Of a DNA stretch of 64,000 bases, positions 53,985 to 62,007 are shown piece by piece; position 1 is the first letter of the stretch; each line of letters opens with the position of its first letter. A program made the translations under genes and the position numbers. The notes beneath the pieces were generated by a model. The model saw only the letters and a list, made by a program, of their open reading frames with translations, was not told the origin of the DNA and did no database searches. The DNA comes from Thermoplasmatales archaeon (lineage in GTDB: Archaea; Thermoplasmatota; E2; DHVEG-1), in NCBI GenBank assembly GCA_030672305.1, contig DAOVGR010000039.1:2651-66650 (forward strand). Reading direction: 5' to 3'.

Positions 53985-54679
53985 TTAAAAATCATCTAAT
54001 TTTTTCATATTTTTTTCTTTAAGTATTCTTTGTGAGGTTTTCCATGAGCGTCTTGTGTGAGGAGGTAACTTACCAAATCTATCAAACCATGTTTTGAAAA
54101 ATTTTTGTGTAATTGGGTCAGCTGGATATCCGCTGCCTAAGGGTAAATTTAATTTTTTTTCGAGTGTGTTAGCGATTTTTTCAATTTCTTCTTCTCTTCT
54201 TGATTTAGCGAGTATTGAAGCAGCACTTACAACTGGATATATCTCATCTGCCTTATGTTCTGATATAATTGTAGCCTTGAAAGGAATTGCTTCAGAAATA
54301 TTTCTACCAAAGCGTTTTTCGTTTACATCTACTGAATCAACATAACAAATCTCTGGTTTTAATTTTGTAATTATATTAATAAATGCATTTACTTCTATCT
54401 GATTTAACGTCATAATTTTACGCATATCATCGATATCTGTGGCAGGAATTACAAGGATTTCATAGTTAATCGCTATTTCCTTTATTTTTATGTCTAATTC
54501 TTCTCGTCTTGTAGGTGATAGTTGTTTCGAATCTTTCACCCTGTACTCTATTAATTTTGAATCATCTTCAAATGTAACACCGGCAATTATTAGAGGGCCG
54601 ATGACTGGACCTTTAGGCAAATAGGAATCATTTTTTTATGCCCCTATTTTCTACCCGCTTCATCGACTCCACAAATCAT
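53985..54679 (-). CDS. rnhB: ribonuclease HII, coding sequence interrupted by a 38-nt BHB-type intervening sequence
   Basis: Exon 1 (54679..54651) encodes MICGVDEAGR(1st two nt of the R codon). Exon 2 (54612..53985) continues GPVIGPLIIAGV.... Joined, they give a 218-aa colinear RNase HII with the DEAGRGPVIGP motif. The unspliced reading hits TAG at 54646..54644. Confidence 0.8.
54613..54650 (-). other. candidate bulge-helix-bulge intron within rnhB mRNA
   Basis: Sense strand: central helix GGGU/GCCU (4 bp), 3-nt bulges AGA and AAA, and inner 7-bp helix AAAUAGG/CCUAUUU with a 17-nt loop. Cleavage after the second bulge nucleotide on each strand gives exactly the frame-restoring junction. Confidence 0.6.
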
Positions 54680-54765
54680 ACGTAACTTGTAATGATATTT
54701 AGTAAAAAGATGTTGCGGAATTGATAGACAATTTTTTATTATCTGATTTTATTCAAATGCAGTAT

Positions 54766-54838
54766 GCCGCTGTAGCTTAGCTGGTGGAGCGGCTGATTCG
54801 TAATCAGCAGGTCGAGGGTTCAAATCCCTCTGGCGGCT
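54766..54838 (+). tRNA. tRNA-Thr (anticodon CGU)
   Basis: GCCGCTGTAGCTTAGCTGGTGGAGCGGCTGATTCGTAATCAGCAGGTCGAGGGTTCAAATCCCTCTGGCGGCT. Anticodon stem GCTGA/TCAGC carries loop TTCGTAA. T arm is GAGGG-TTCAAAT-CCCTC. No CCA is encoded. Confidence 0.9.
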
Positions 54839-54962
54839 TGCTAAGTTCTTTTTTTTCTATTTAATGGTTATTTTATTAAAATTATCACTTAAGAAAATTT
54901 AGTCTAAAAACCTAGATTTTTTCGATATTAATTATATATGACGTGAAAAAATGTTTTAACGT

Positions 54963-55331
54963 TTAATTCAAAATTTTTTTTACTCTGATAACAAGGTCTT
55001 TTATATCAAAAGGTTTAACAATATAATCAACAGCAGCAAGTCCACCCATACCAACACTCATGGTATCTCCTTTTGCTGTTAAAAAAACAATAGGAATGTC
55101 TTTCCATTTTGGATTCTCCTTAAGTTTTGCTGCAATATCCCAACCACTAATATTAGGCATCATTATGTCAAGAATTATAAGATCTGGATCAGTTTGTGAC
55201 TCATTCAGTTTATCGATACACTCATTACCATCTTTTGCTCTTATTACCTCAAAACCACTCAGCTCTAACATTTGGCCAACGGTTAATAAAATATCAGGCT
55301 CATCATCTACAACCAATATTTTTTTACTCAT
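54963..55331 (-). CDS. stand-alone response regulator receiver (CheY-like)
   Basis: ILVVDDEPD...IILDIMMPNISGW...LTAKG...KPF; 122 aa with no output domain. Confidence 0.85.
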   Translation of the reverse strand: MSKKILVVDDEPDILLTVGQMLELSGFEVIRAKDGNECIDKLNESQTDPDLIILDIMMPNISGWDIAAKLKENPKWKDIPIVFLTAKGDTMSVGMGGLAAVDYIVKPFDIKDLVIRVKKILN

Positions 55332-55701
55332 TTTCTTCAGTCTCTTGTAAAATTTTATCTATTCTATCAAGTAAAGAGTCTTTATCAAAAGGTTTCATTA
55401 TATAATCAGCAAGCCCCTCTTCTAGTAAAACTTGTTTTCTTTTATCAGATATTTCAAGAACACTCATAAATGCAACTTTAATATTCGTTGATTTCTTATT
55501 AATTCTATTAAATACATCCCAACCACTCATACCAGGCATCATAATATCAAGTAAAACAAGGTCTACTTTTTCCTTTTCTAGCTGTCTAAGGCACTCTTCA
55601 CCGCTATAAGCAGTAATAACTTCGTATCCTCCTAGTTCAAGAACAGTTCTAGTAAGATCAACAATATCTGGCTCATTATCAACAACCATTATTTTTTTCA
55701 T
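55324..55701 (-). CDS. stand-alone response regulator receiver (CheY-like)
   Basis: IMVVDNEPD...VLLDIMMPGMSGW...KPF; 125 aa. Overlaps the downstream receiver gene by 8 nt. Confidence 0.85.
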   Translation of the reverse strand: MKKIMVVDNEPDIVDLTRTVLELGGYEVITAYSGEECLRQLEKEKVDLVLLDIMMPGMSGWDVFNRINKKSTNIKVAFMSVLEISDKRKQVLLEEGLADYIMKPFDKDSLLDRIDKILQETEENE

Positions 55702-55851
55702 TTCTCATCTCACCATTTTATACAATTGGTAAATCTACCAACTATATATTAAAAATTTGTTTTTAAATTAATGCATTTATCAATGTTTTTAAATAACTAA
55801 AATATTTAACCACTTACCCAAAATACCCTAATTCCATGGGGGTTATTACTG

Positions 55852-56847
55852 TTGAAAACAGGATCAAAGTCAAAATTTACTCTTAAAGAGAAACTTTTTG
55901 CTCATTTAGAAACATGGAGATTATATACTGTTGTTTGGTGTGGGCTTGTTAGCTTAGCAGGATCTTGCATTGCTTATGGAAGTTTTCCTCCTATAAAAAT
56001 CTCCATCTTAGCGTTATTTATTCCAATGATGGGATGGACGGCTGCCTTATATCTTTCAGATTTTTTAGATAAAAAACTTGATTCTATACAAAAACCACAA
56101 AGACCAATTCCCTCAGGGAGAATAAAACCTTACGAAGCATTAGCAATTGGCGCAATTTTTGCAATTTCTGGATTTTTTTTATCATTTCTTCTAACCTATA
56201 AAAATATAATACTAGTCTTTGTTGTAGCTGGACTAGTATTTTCCTATACAAAACTATCTAAATCTCGTGGATTAATGGGAAACATAAATAGAGGAATAGT
56301 CACGGTTGCTGCATATTTATTTGGAGTTTTTTCAATAGATAAATCCATTGGATCAATACCAATCTACATATGGTTACTATCACTAGTATTTCTATTTCAT
56401 GATACTAACAGTAATCTAGTTGGTGCTATAAGAGATATGGAGGGTGATAAGAAAGGAGGATACATAACAATACCTGTAAAATATGGAATAAAAATATCTG
56501 TATTTATTTCGTTAATATTGACAATCTTTTGGCTTTCCCTTACCTTGTATTTACAATACAATTACAAGTTCTTGAAAATAGAATTTTATCTAATGATGGT
56601 TCTTGATATATTAATTCTGATTTCACTTTATATTTACTTGTTTAGGGCAATTAAAAATTATTCAAGAAAAAAAGCATTAAGATTTCATGAATTCTTTGTA
56701 ATAGAAAGAATTACTTTAGCATCAGCCTTTATATTTGGTATAATTAATGTCTACATTGCAGCAATTATCTTTGTTAGTGCAATTATTATTACAGGTTTAT
56801 CTCAATATTTCCTTAGAAAAAGATATGAGTTTATAGAGAAAAAATGA
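55852..56847 (+). CDS. UbiA-family membrane prenyltransferase
   Basis: About 9 TM helices. First Asp-rich motif LSDFLDKKLD is followed by RPIPSGRI; second motif is DTNSNLVGAIRDMEGDKKGG. TTG start with GGGGG upstream; no in-frame ATG. Confidence 0.8.
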   Translation: MKTGSKSKFTLKEKLFAHLETWRLYTVVWCGLVSLAGSCIAYGSFPPIKISILALFIPMMGWTAALYLSDFLDKKLDSIQKPQRPIPSGRIKPYEALAIGAIFAISGFFLSFLLTYKNIILVFVVAGLVFSYTKLSKSRGLMGNINRGIVTVAAYLFGVFSIDKSIGSIPIYIWLLSLVFLFHDTNSNLVGAIRDMEGDKKGGYITIPVKYGIKISVFISLILTIFWLSLTLYLQYNYKFLKIEFYLMMVLDILILISLYIYLFRAIKNYSRKKALRFHEFFVIERITLASAFIFGIINVYIAAIIFVSAIIITGLSQYFLRKRYEFIEKK

Positions 56848-56871
56848 TATAATTAGAAATTAGGAAAAAAA

Positions 56872-57498
56872 ATGTTAAAAATAAATGATTTTTTCCTTCA
56901 AAAAATCGCTACAAAACTTGATTATCATAAATTAAAAAAATATGTTGATTTTGGATTTATTTTAATTGAAAAAGCAATTGTAAATTTGGATAAATTACAC
57001 TTTTTTTATTATGATATTTATAATGAAATGATAGAAAATGAAATCACTTTAGGGGATATTTCAAAGGACAAATTGGTTTTACATGTTGGATGTGGGCCAA
57101 TTCCTGTGACATCTATTCTACTTACAAAAAAAACTGGTGTTCAAGTTACAGGTATAGATAAGGATTCTCATTCCGTTAAAAAGGCAACATTATATGTTAA
57201 TACAACTGGGTTTTCTGAAAAAATTCAAATCATTAATGCGGATGCTAAAGATTTTTCTATCGGAGACTTTAATGTAATTATTATCTCTCAAGGAGTAAGA
57301 CCAATAAAAGAAATATTAGATCACATTGCTAAAACAATGAAAGATGATGCACTTGTGATTTTCAGAACGTCTTCTTCGCCTAGTGGAGATATATCTCAAA
57401 ATGACTTTTTTATAAAAAATATATTTAATATTAATAAAATTGTTGCTCAAAAAAAGAATGCTTTACTTATTTCAATTATACTTAAAAAAAAGCTTTGA
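56872..57498 (+). CDS. nicotianamine-synthase-like (NAS/CntL-like) SAM-dependent transferase fold protein
   Basis: LHVGCGPIPVTSILLT...VTGIDKD...INADAKDF...FNVIIISQGV...AKTMKDDALVIFRT parallels the plant NAS core VGSGPLPLTSIVLA...NFDIDP...FDVVFLAALVG...MAPGAVLMLRS as I remember it. A plain class I methyltransferase is the alternative. Confidence 0.45.
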   Translation: MLKINDFFLQKIATKLDYHKLKKYVDFGFILIEKAIVNLDKLHFFYYDIYNEMIENEITLGDISKDKLVLHVGCGPIPVTSILLTKKTGVQVTGIDKDSHSVKKATLYVNTTGFSEKIQIINADAKDFSIGDFNVIIISQGVRPIKEILDHIAKTMKDDALVIFRTSSSPSGDISQNDFFIKNIFNINKIVAQKKNALLISIILKKKL

Positions 57499-57520
57499 GC
57501 AATAATTGGGAGTATATCAA

Positions 57521-58225
57521 ATGATTAATCCATGGTTAAACTATAAAGATTTAAAATGTGTTGTTCTCTGTGCTGGAAAAGGTATCCGTATTCTACCTCA
57601 TTCTGAGGAAAAACCTAAAGTTATGCTTGATTTAGGAAATAGACCTTTACTTGAATATGTTGTTGATTATTGGAAACAATTTACAAATGATTTTATTTTT
57701 ATTGTTGGCTATAAAAAAGAACATATTATAAAATATGCTAAAAAACTACAAATTCAGTCAACTATTATAGAACAAAAGAAACTTCGAGGTATAGCAGACG
57801 CAGTTAATCATGTTAAAAATCTTGTAACAGATAATTTTATTGTTGTACTTGGTGATTGTGTTTGTGATGGAAGCTTTGATTTTCCAAGTGATATGGAACA
57901 AGGAGTTGGGGTATGGGAAACCAGCAAATTAGCTGAAATTAAACGAAGTTATTCAATTGAAACTAGAGGAGGTTTTCTTAAAAAAGTAGTTGAAAAACCA
58001 AAAGAAATACCAAATAATTATTGTGGTATGGGATTTTATTTTTTAAAAAATAAGATTTTTGATTATATTGGCCTTACACCGCCATCAAAGTTGAGAAATG
58101 AAATAGAGATAACAGATGTAATTCAAAATATGATTAATAACGGAGAAAAAATTAAACCTGTATTTTTCAAAGGTCGCTATCTAAATGTTACATATCCAGA
58201 AGATCTCATAAATTGGAAAAATTGA
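57521..58225 (+). CDS. sugar-phosphate nucleotidyltransferase
   Basis: VVLCAGKGIRILPHSEEKPKVMLDLGNRPLLEYVV matches the (L)xxGxGTRxxPxxxxxPK signature region of NDP-sugar pyrophosphorylases. Confidence 0.75.
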   Translation: MINPWLNYKDLKCVVLCAGKGIRILPHSEEKPKVMLDLGNRPLLEYVVDYWKQFTNDFIFIVGYKKEHIIKYAKKLQIQSTIIEQKKLRGIADAVNHVKNLVTDNFIVVLGDCVCDGSFDFPSDMEQGVGVWETSKLAEIKRSYSIETRGGFLKKVVEKPKEIPNNYCGMGFYFLKNKIFDYIGLTPPSKLRNEIEITDVIQNMINNGEKIKPVFFKGRYLNVTYPEDLINWKN

Positions 58226-58239
58226 ATATAATAAAACAA

Positions 58240-59523
58240 TTATTTTGCAATTGTTTCCTGAATTATTTCAGAAAGACGTTGAGCTCCTTTTTTTTCGCCA
58301 AGTTCTGTTGTGAGATTTTTTGATAAATCTTGTGCATTTTTAAGGTATGTTTCATAATCACTAAAAATTGTGTTAATTGCATTTAATAGGTCGTACTTTT
58401 TAAAAAATTTCTTTGATATCCTTAATCCTGCGCCTTTATTTACAATATTATCAATGTTATATTGATGTTCACTAAACATTGGAATTCCAATTATCGGTTT
58501 TCCAGAATAAGCAGCTGTATATACAGTACCACGCCCTCCATGTATAATTGCTAGGTCAACCATACTATTAACTAGATTAGGGGATTTTATAAATTTCTTA
58601 AGCAAAACATTTTCCTTTACATCGGGTAATCTATCTTCTTCAATGGTTGTATAAACAGCAATAATATTGTGAGAGGTTTGGCTCAATGCTTCTAGTATAT
58701 TCAAATATAATTCTTTATCGTTAGTATTACCCATCAACAACAGAATAGATTTTCCAGAACGATTTATATGACTCTTTATATCTTCATCTAATGTATCTTT
58801 TTGTTTTTCCAAAAGCCCACCCGATATCGGTCCAATGAAATTTTTCTTAGGAAATTCATTGGTGGGTTCTACTCCTAAGAAATTTTTATCGTCACATATA
58901 AAATTATGATCTCCATTAAGAATATCATTAATATTATTAAATGGTTTAACACCATATTTTCTAGCTATCTTATTAAAATCTCTTACTAGCAGTTTATTAT
59001 TGATAAGTATCCACCTAGCAATTGAATTTTTTATAAAATTTGGCAATAATCTGGTTATAGAATTTTCATAGTTTTCTGGAAAACTTATAGAAGCTTGTCT
59101 ATAATATAATGGGGTAGAAGTTCCAGAAATAACGACAATTAGTGGAATTTTTAATGCTCTAACAGAGATACTTGCTGTTGGATTAAAAGAACTAATAACT
59201 AAATCAACACCTGCTTTTTTAAATGCTTCAATTTCTTCTTTAACAAATGATTCTACTAAATCTCTTTTATAAGCAGAAAATAGCAATTCTTCAAAAGGTA
59301 CTTTATCATATTTTCCTTTGCTTTTCAATTCTTTGATTACCTTAGCCCAAGAGATTTTTCCAAGTTTAATAACCTCACATCCAAAATCTTTAGTTAAATG
59401 TTCAAATTTTCCACCATGACTAAAGAAAATTGCTTTCCCACCTTTTTTTAAAAAAATTCTTGCTATCTTTAATATAGGTAAGGTTTCGCCAATACTACAA
59501 AAACATGGAAAGAATCCTACCAA
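58240..59523 (-). CDS. GT1-family (MGT/UDP-glycosyltransferase-like) glycosyltransferase; 5' end uncertain
   Basis: The C-terminal HGGRGTVYTAAYSGKPIIGIPMFSEHQYN block is typical of GT-B GT1/GT28 enzymes. There is no in-frame ATG. The TTG at 59523 is the first possible start, and an out-of-frame ATG at 59537 opens MRINHW*. Confidence 0.7.
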   Translation of the reverse strand: MVGFFPCFCSIGETLPILKIARIFLKKGGKAIFFSHGGKFEHLTKDFGCEVIKLGKISWAKVIKELKSKGKYDKVPFEELLFSAYKRDLVESFVKEEIEAFKKAGVDLVISSFNPTASISVRALKIPLIVVISGTSTPLYYRQASISFPENYENSITRLLPNFIKNSIARWILINNKLLVRDFNKIARKYGVKPFNNINDILNGDHNFICDDKNFLGVEPTNEFPKKNFIGPISGGLLEKQKDTLDEDIKSHINRSGKSILLLMGNTNDKELYLNILEALSQTSHNIIAVYTTIEEDRLPDVKENVLLKKFIKSPNLVNSMVDLAIIHGGRGTVYTAAYSGKPIIGIPMFSEHQYNIDNIVNKGAGLRISKKFFKKYDLLNAINTIFSDYETYLKNAQDLSKNLTTELGEKKGAQRLSEIIQETIAK

Positions 59524-59595
59524 TGGTTGATTCTCATATTGTTTGGTTATATATATCCCTCATTAATATAATTCTATACTTACATCATTAATTTA

Positions 59596-60366
59596 TTATA
59601 TTAATTTTATCACACCTATACCGGCCCAATTTTGATTTTTTTCTTCTACAATCTCAATTATATTATATTTTGATTTTATTTCATCCCAAAATATACTTAC
59701 TTCACATCCTTTTATTTCAGATTTAACTATATCATGAAGTGCAATTATTCCATCTTTTTTAACTAATGGACTATATAGTTTAAAATCTCTTTTTACACCT
59801 TTATATGTATGATCACCATCAATAAATAAAAAATCTAGTTTATTCCCAGCTAAAATATCCTTGATTTTCTCTAAAGTCTCTTTTTTATGAGAATTTTTTC
59901 TAATTAAATGGATTTCTTGATTATTAATAGCAAATTCAGTATATAGTTTCATCCTTGCTCTAATATAGCCACCGCCAAAATTACCACCTGGTAAATCAAC
60001 ACTTATTATTTGAGCATCATTCGATGCTATTCTAGTAAATAGAAACAATGTACCACCAAATGCTGTTCCTATTTCAAGAATGAGTTTTGGTTTTTCCTTT
60101 TTCAATATCTTTAAAAGTTCTAAAAGTTCATATCTAATTTGTAAAGTCCTGATTAACCCAAAAAAAAATGTTTGAGTAAAATCTAACATTTTATCTAAAT
60201 TATAACTCTTATCAATTTTTTTTATTCTATAAATTGCATAAGGGTAAAAAGGAGCAAATAACAGTTGAAGGAAAAGAAATCGTAAAATCAATTTTACAAA
60301 CATCTTAAAGCTCTTAGGATCAGAAAATTCTAATATAGATTTTAATAGTCGGACAAAAATATTCAT
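59596..60366 (-). CDS. class I SAM-dependent methyltransferase, CmcI/TylF-like
   Basis: LEIGTAFGGTLFLF...ISVDLPGG...FLFIDGDHTYKGVKRDFKLYSPLVKKDGIIALHDI, preceded by an N-terminal hydrophobic segment. Confidence 0.7.
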   Translation of the reverse strand: MNIFVRLLKSILEFSDPKSFKMFVKLILRFLFLQLLFAPFYPYAIYRIKKIDKSYNLDKMLDFTQTFFFGLIRTLQIRYELLELLKILKKEKPKLILEIGTAFGGTLFLFTRIASNDAQIISVDLPGGNFGGGYIRARMKLYTEFAINNQEIHLIRKNSHKKETLEKIKDILAGNKLDFLFIDGDHTYKGVKRDFKLYSPLVKKDGIIALHDIVKSEIKGCEVSIFWDEIKSKYNIIEIVEEKNQNWAGIGVIKLI

Positions 60367-60606
60367 ACTCTTGGTCCTATTAACAGATATAAGTTTAAGA
60401 ATATGAATGAAATATTTATAGTATGTGATTAAGCTAATTCAAAGTGTAAAATATATAAAAGATAAATCAATAGCTTAAATTTAACTACTCAACCTTTGGA
60501 GGTTTAAACCATTATAGAACGATTTGCTCCGCTAGTAAAATCAAGACTTCAAAAAAAACCTGGTAAAAATACTAAAGGTTTTTTTGGGAAATTAACCCGA
60601 AAAACA

Positions 60607-61881
60607 ATGGATAAAATTCAATTATCTAAACTTAAAAAGACTATCAGATATTCCTATAACACATCTCCTTATTATAATAGACTTTTTAAAAAAAATGGTC
60701 TTAAACCTAGTGATATAAAAAAGTATTCTGATATGACAAAGATACCTTATACTAAAACTGATGATCTTCAAAACAATCCAAAATCTTTTTTTTCTGTTTC
60801 TGAGGATCAATTTATCCGAGTATTTACTACTTCTGGCACAACTGGTAAACCAAAAAAAGCATATTTTACAAAAGAAGACCTTGATAAAATTGTGGAGTCA
60901 ACAGCTATTGGTACAAAAATTATGTATGGTATAACAAGCAAAGATATCATTCGTTTAACCTTTGAGGTAGGATATGGAACAGAAATCTGGGGCAATAGAT
61001 ATTGTTTAAGCAGAGCATACGAAAGCCTTGGCGCATTAATTATTGCCACTGGAAGGTTAAATATTAAAGAAGAATTAGAAATGATAAGAGAATATAAACC
61101 AAATATTTTTGGAGATGTCTCATCACGTGTTTATTATCTTACTAAAGAAATGAGTAAACTTTGTGATTTAAAAGAACTCGGTATTAAAAAATTTTTAATT
61201 GGAGCTGAACCAACTCCAAACGCTATGAGAAAAGAAATTGAAAAAGCTTGGAATGCTGATGTTTTCGTTGGATATGGAATAACTGAGATTGGCCTGCTTA
61301 TGGCAGGTGAATGTGAAAAGAAACAAGGTATGCATCTAAGTGAATTTAATTTTCTAACAGAAGTTGTAGATCCTGAAACTGGTGAACAACTTGAAGATGG
61401 TGAAGTCGGAGAATTACTCTTTACTACGTTTGATAGAAAAGGAATGCCTTTGATAAGGTATAATTCACATGATTTAGGTAAAATAATACCAGAAGTTTGT
61501 AGCTGTGGACTTCCTTTAAAAAGAATTGAAATTAAGGGAAGATCAGATGATTTAATACCTATTGGAGCTGGAGATAATCTTTTTACTAAAATGTTTGATG
61601 AAGCAATTTTTAGTATTCCTGAAATATTAGAATATCAAGTGATATTTGATAAAAAATATGGAAAGGATCTTATCACTATTATCGCTGAAAGCAATGTAAT
61701 AGATGATGCAATTTGTAAGAAAATAGTAGATGCTATTATGACTTTACCTGAAATAAAAAACGGTATCGATCAGTCTAAAACTATTTTAAGACCAGTAGCT
61801 AAACTTGTTAAACCTAATACTTTTAACAGAAATTCTATAAAGACAAGAAGACTGATTGATAAAAGAAATCTTTATGATTAG
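60607..61881 (+). CDS. PaaK/coenzyme-F390-synthetase-like adenylate-forming enzyme
   Basis: TSGTTGKPK adenylation motif, YGITE, and GRSDD near the C-terminal domain. A divergent paralogue of the paaK at 46741..48075. Confidence 0.7.
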   Translation: MDKIQLSKLKKTIRYSYNTSPYYNRLFKKNGLKPSDIKKYSDMTKIPYTKTDDLQNNPKSFFSVSEDQFIRVFTTSGTTGKPKKAYFTKEDLDKIVESTAIGTKIMYGITSKDIIRLTFEVGYGTEIWGNRYCLSRAYESLGALIIATGRLNIKEELEMIREYKPNIFGDVSSRVYYLTKEMSKLCDLKELGIKKFLIGAEPTPNAMRKEIEKAWNADVFVGYGITEIGLLMAGECEKKQGMHLSEFNFLTEVVDPETGEQLEDGEVGELLFTTFDRKGMPLIRYNSHDLGKIIPEVCSCGLPLKRIEIKGRSDDLIPIGAGDNLFTKMFDEAIFSIPEILEYQVIFDKKYGKDLITIIAESNVIDDAICKKIVDAIMTLPEIKNGIDQSKTILRPVAKLVKPNTFNRNSIKTRRLIDKRNLYD

Positions 61882-62007
61882 ATCTTTACATCCATATTTT
61901 TTTAATAAGCACTTCATATTTAGGTCTAGATAATTTAAAACATATTCTTAATCTGATTTTTAATGTTTTTTTCTTACTATTTACAAAATTCACAATTTTC
62001 TCTAGGC

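Noticed and set aside
53985-54620. Treating the TTG-initiated 211-aa ORF as the complete RNase HII, or calling the gene a plain pseudogene.
   Set aside because: The truncated product would lack the first two catalytic carboxylates. The missing residues are encoded intact 38 nt upstream, and the rest of the gene shows no further damage. Simple decay is therefore less likely than a removable insert.
54612-54649. Translational bypassing (T4 gene 60 / mitochondrial byp-like hop) across the rnhB gap. A take-off AAA (54649..54647) is followed directly by UAG inside a hairpin, with a matching AAA landing codon (54614..54612).
   Set aside because: It would insert an extra Lys into the invariant DEAGRG motif (DEAGRKGP). 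The BHB fold instead predicts the exact motif-restoring junction with known archaeal machinery. Bypassing is kept only as a fallback hypothesis.
55836-55886. Out-of-frame ATG (55836, MGVITVENRIKVKIYS*) upstream of the UbiA gene, considered as evidence of a frameshift or second intron.
   Set aside because: The UbiA frame has a plausible TTG start with a GGGGG element at appropriate spacing and a normal-looking N-terminus. No conserved residues appear to be missing, unlike the rnhB case.
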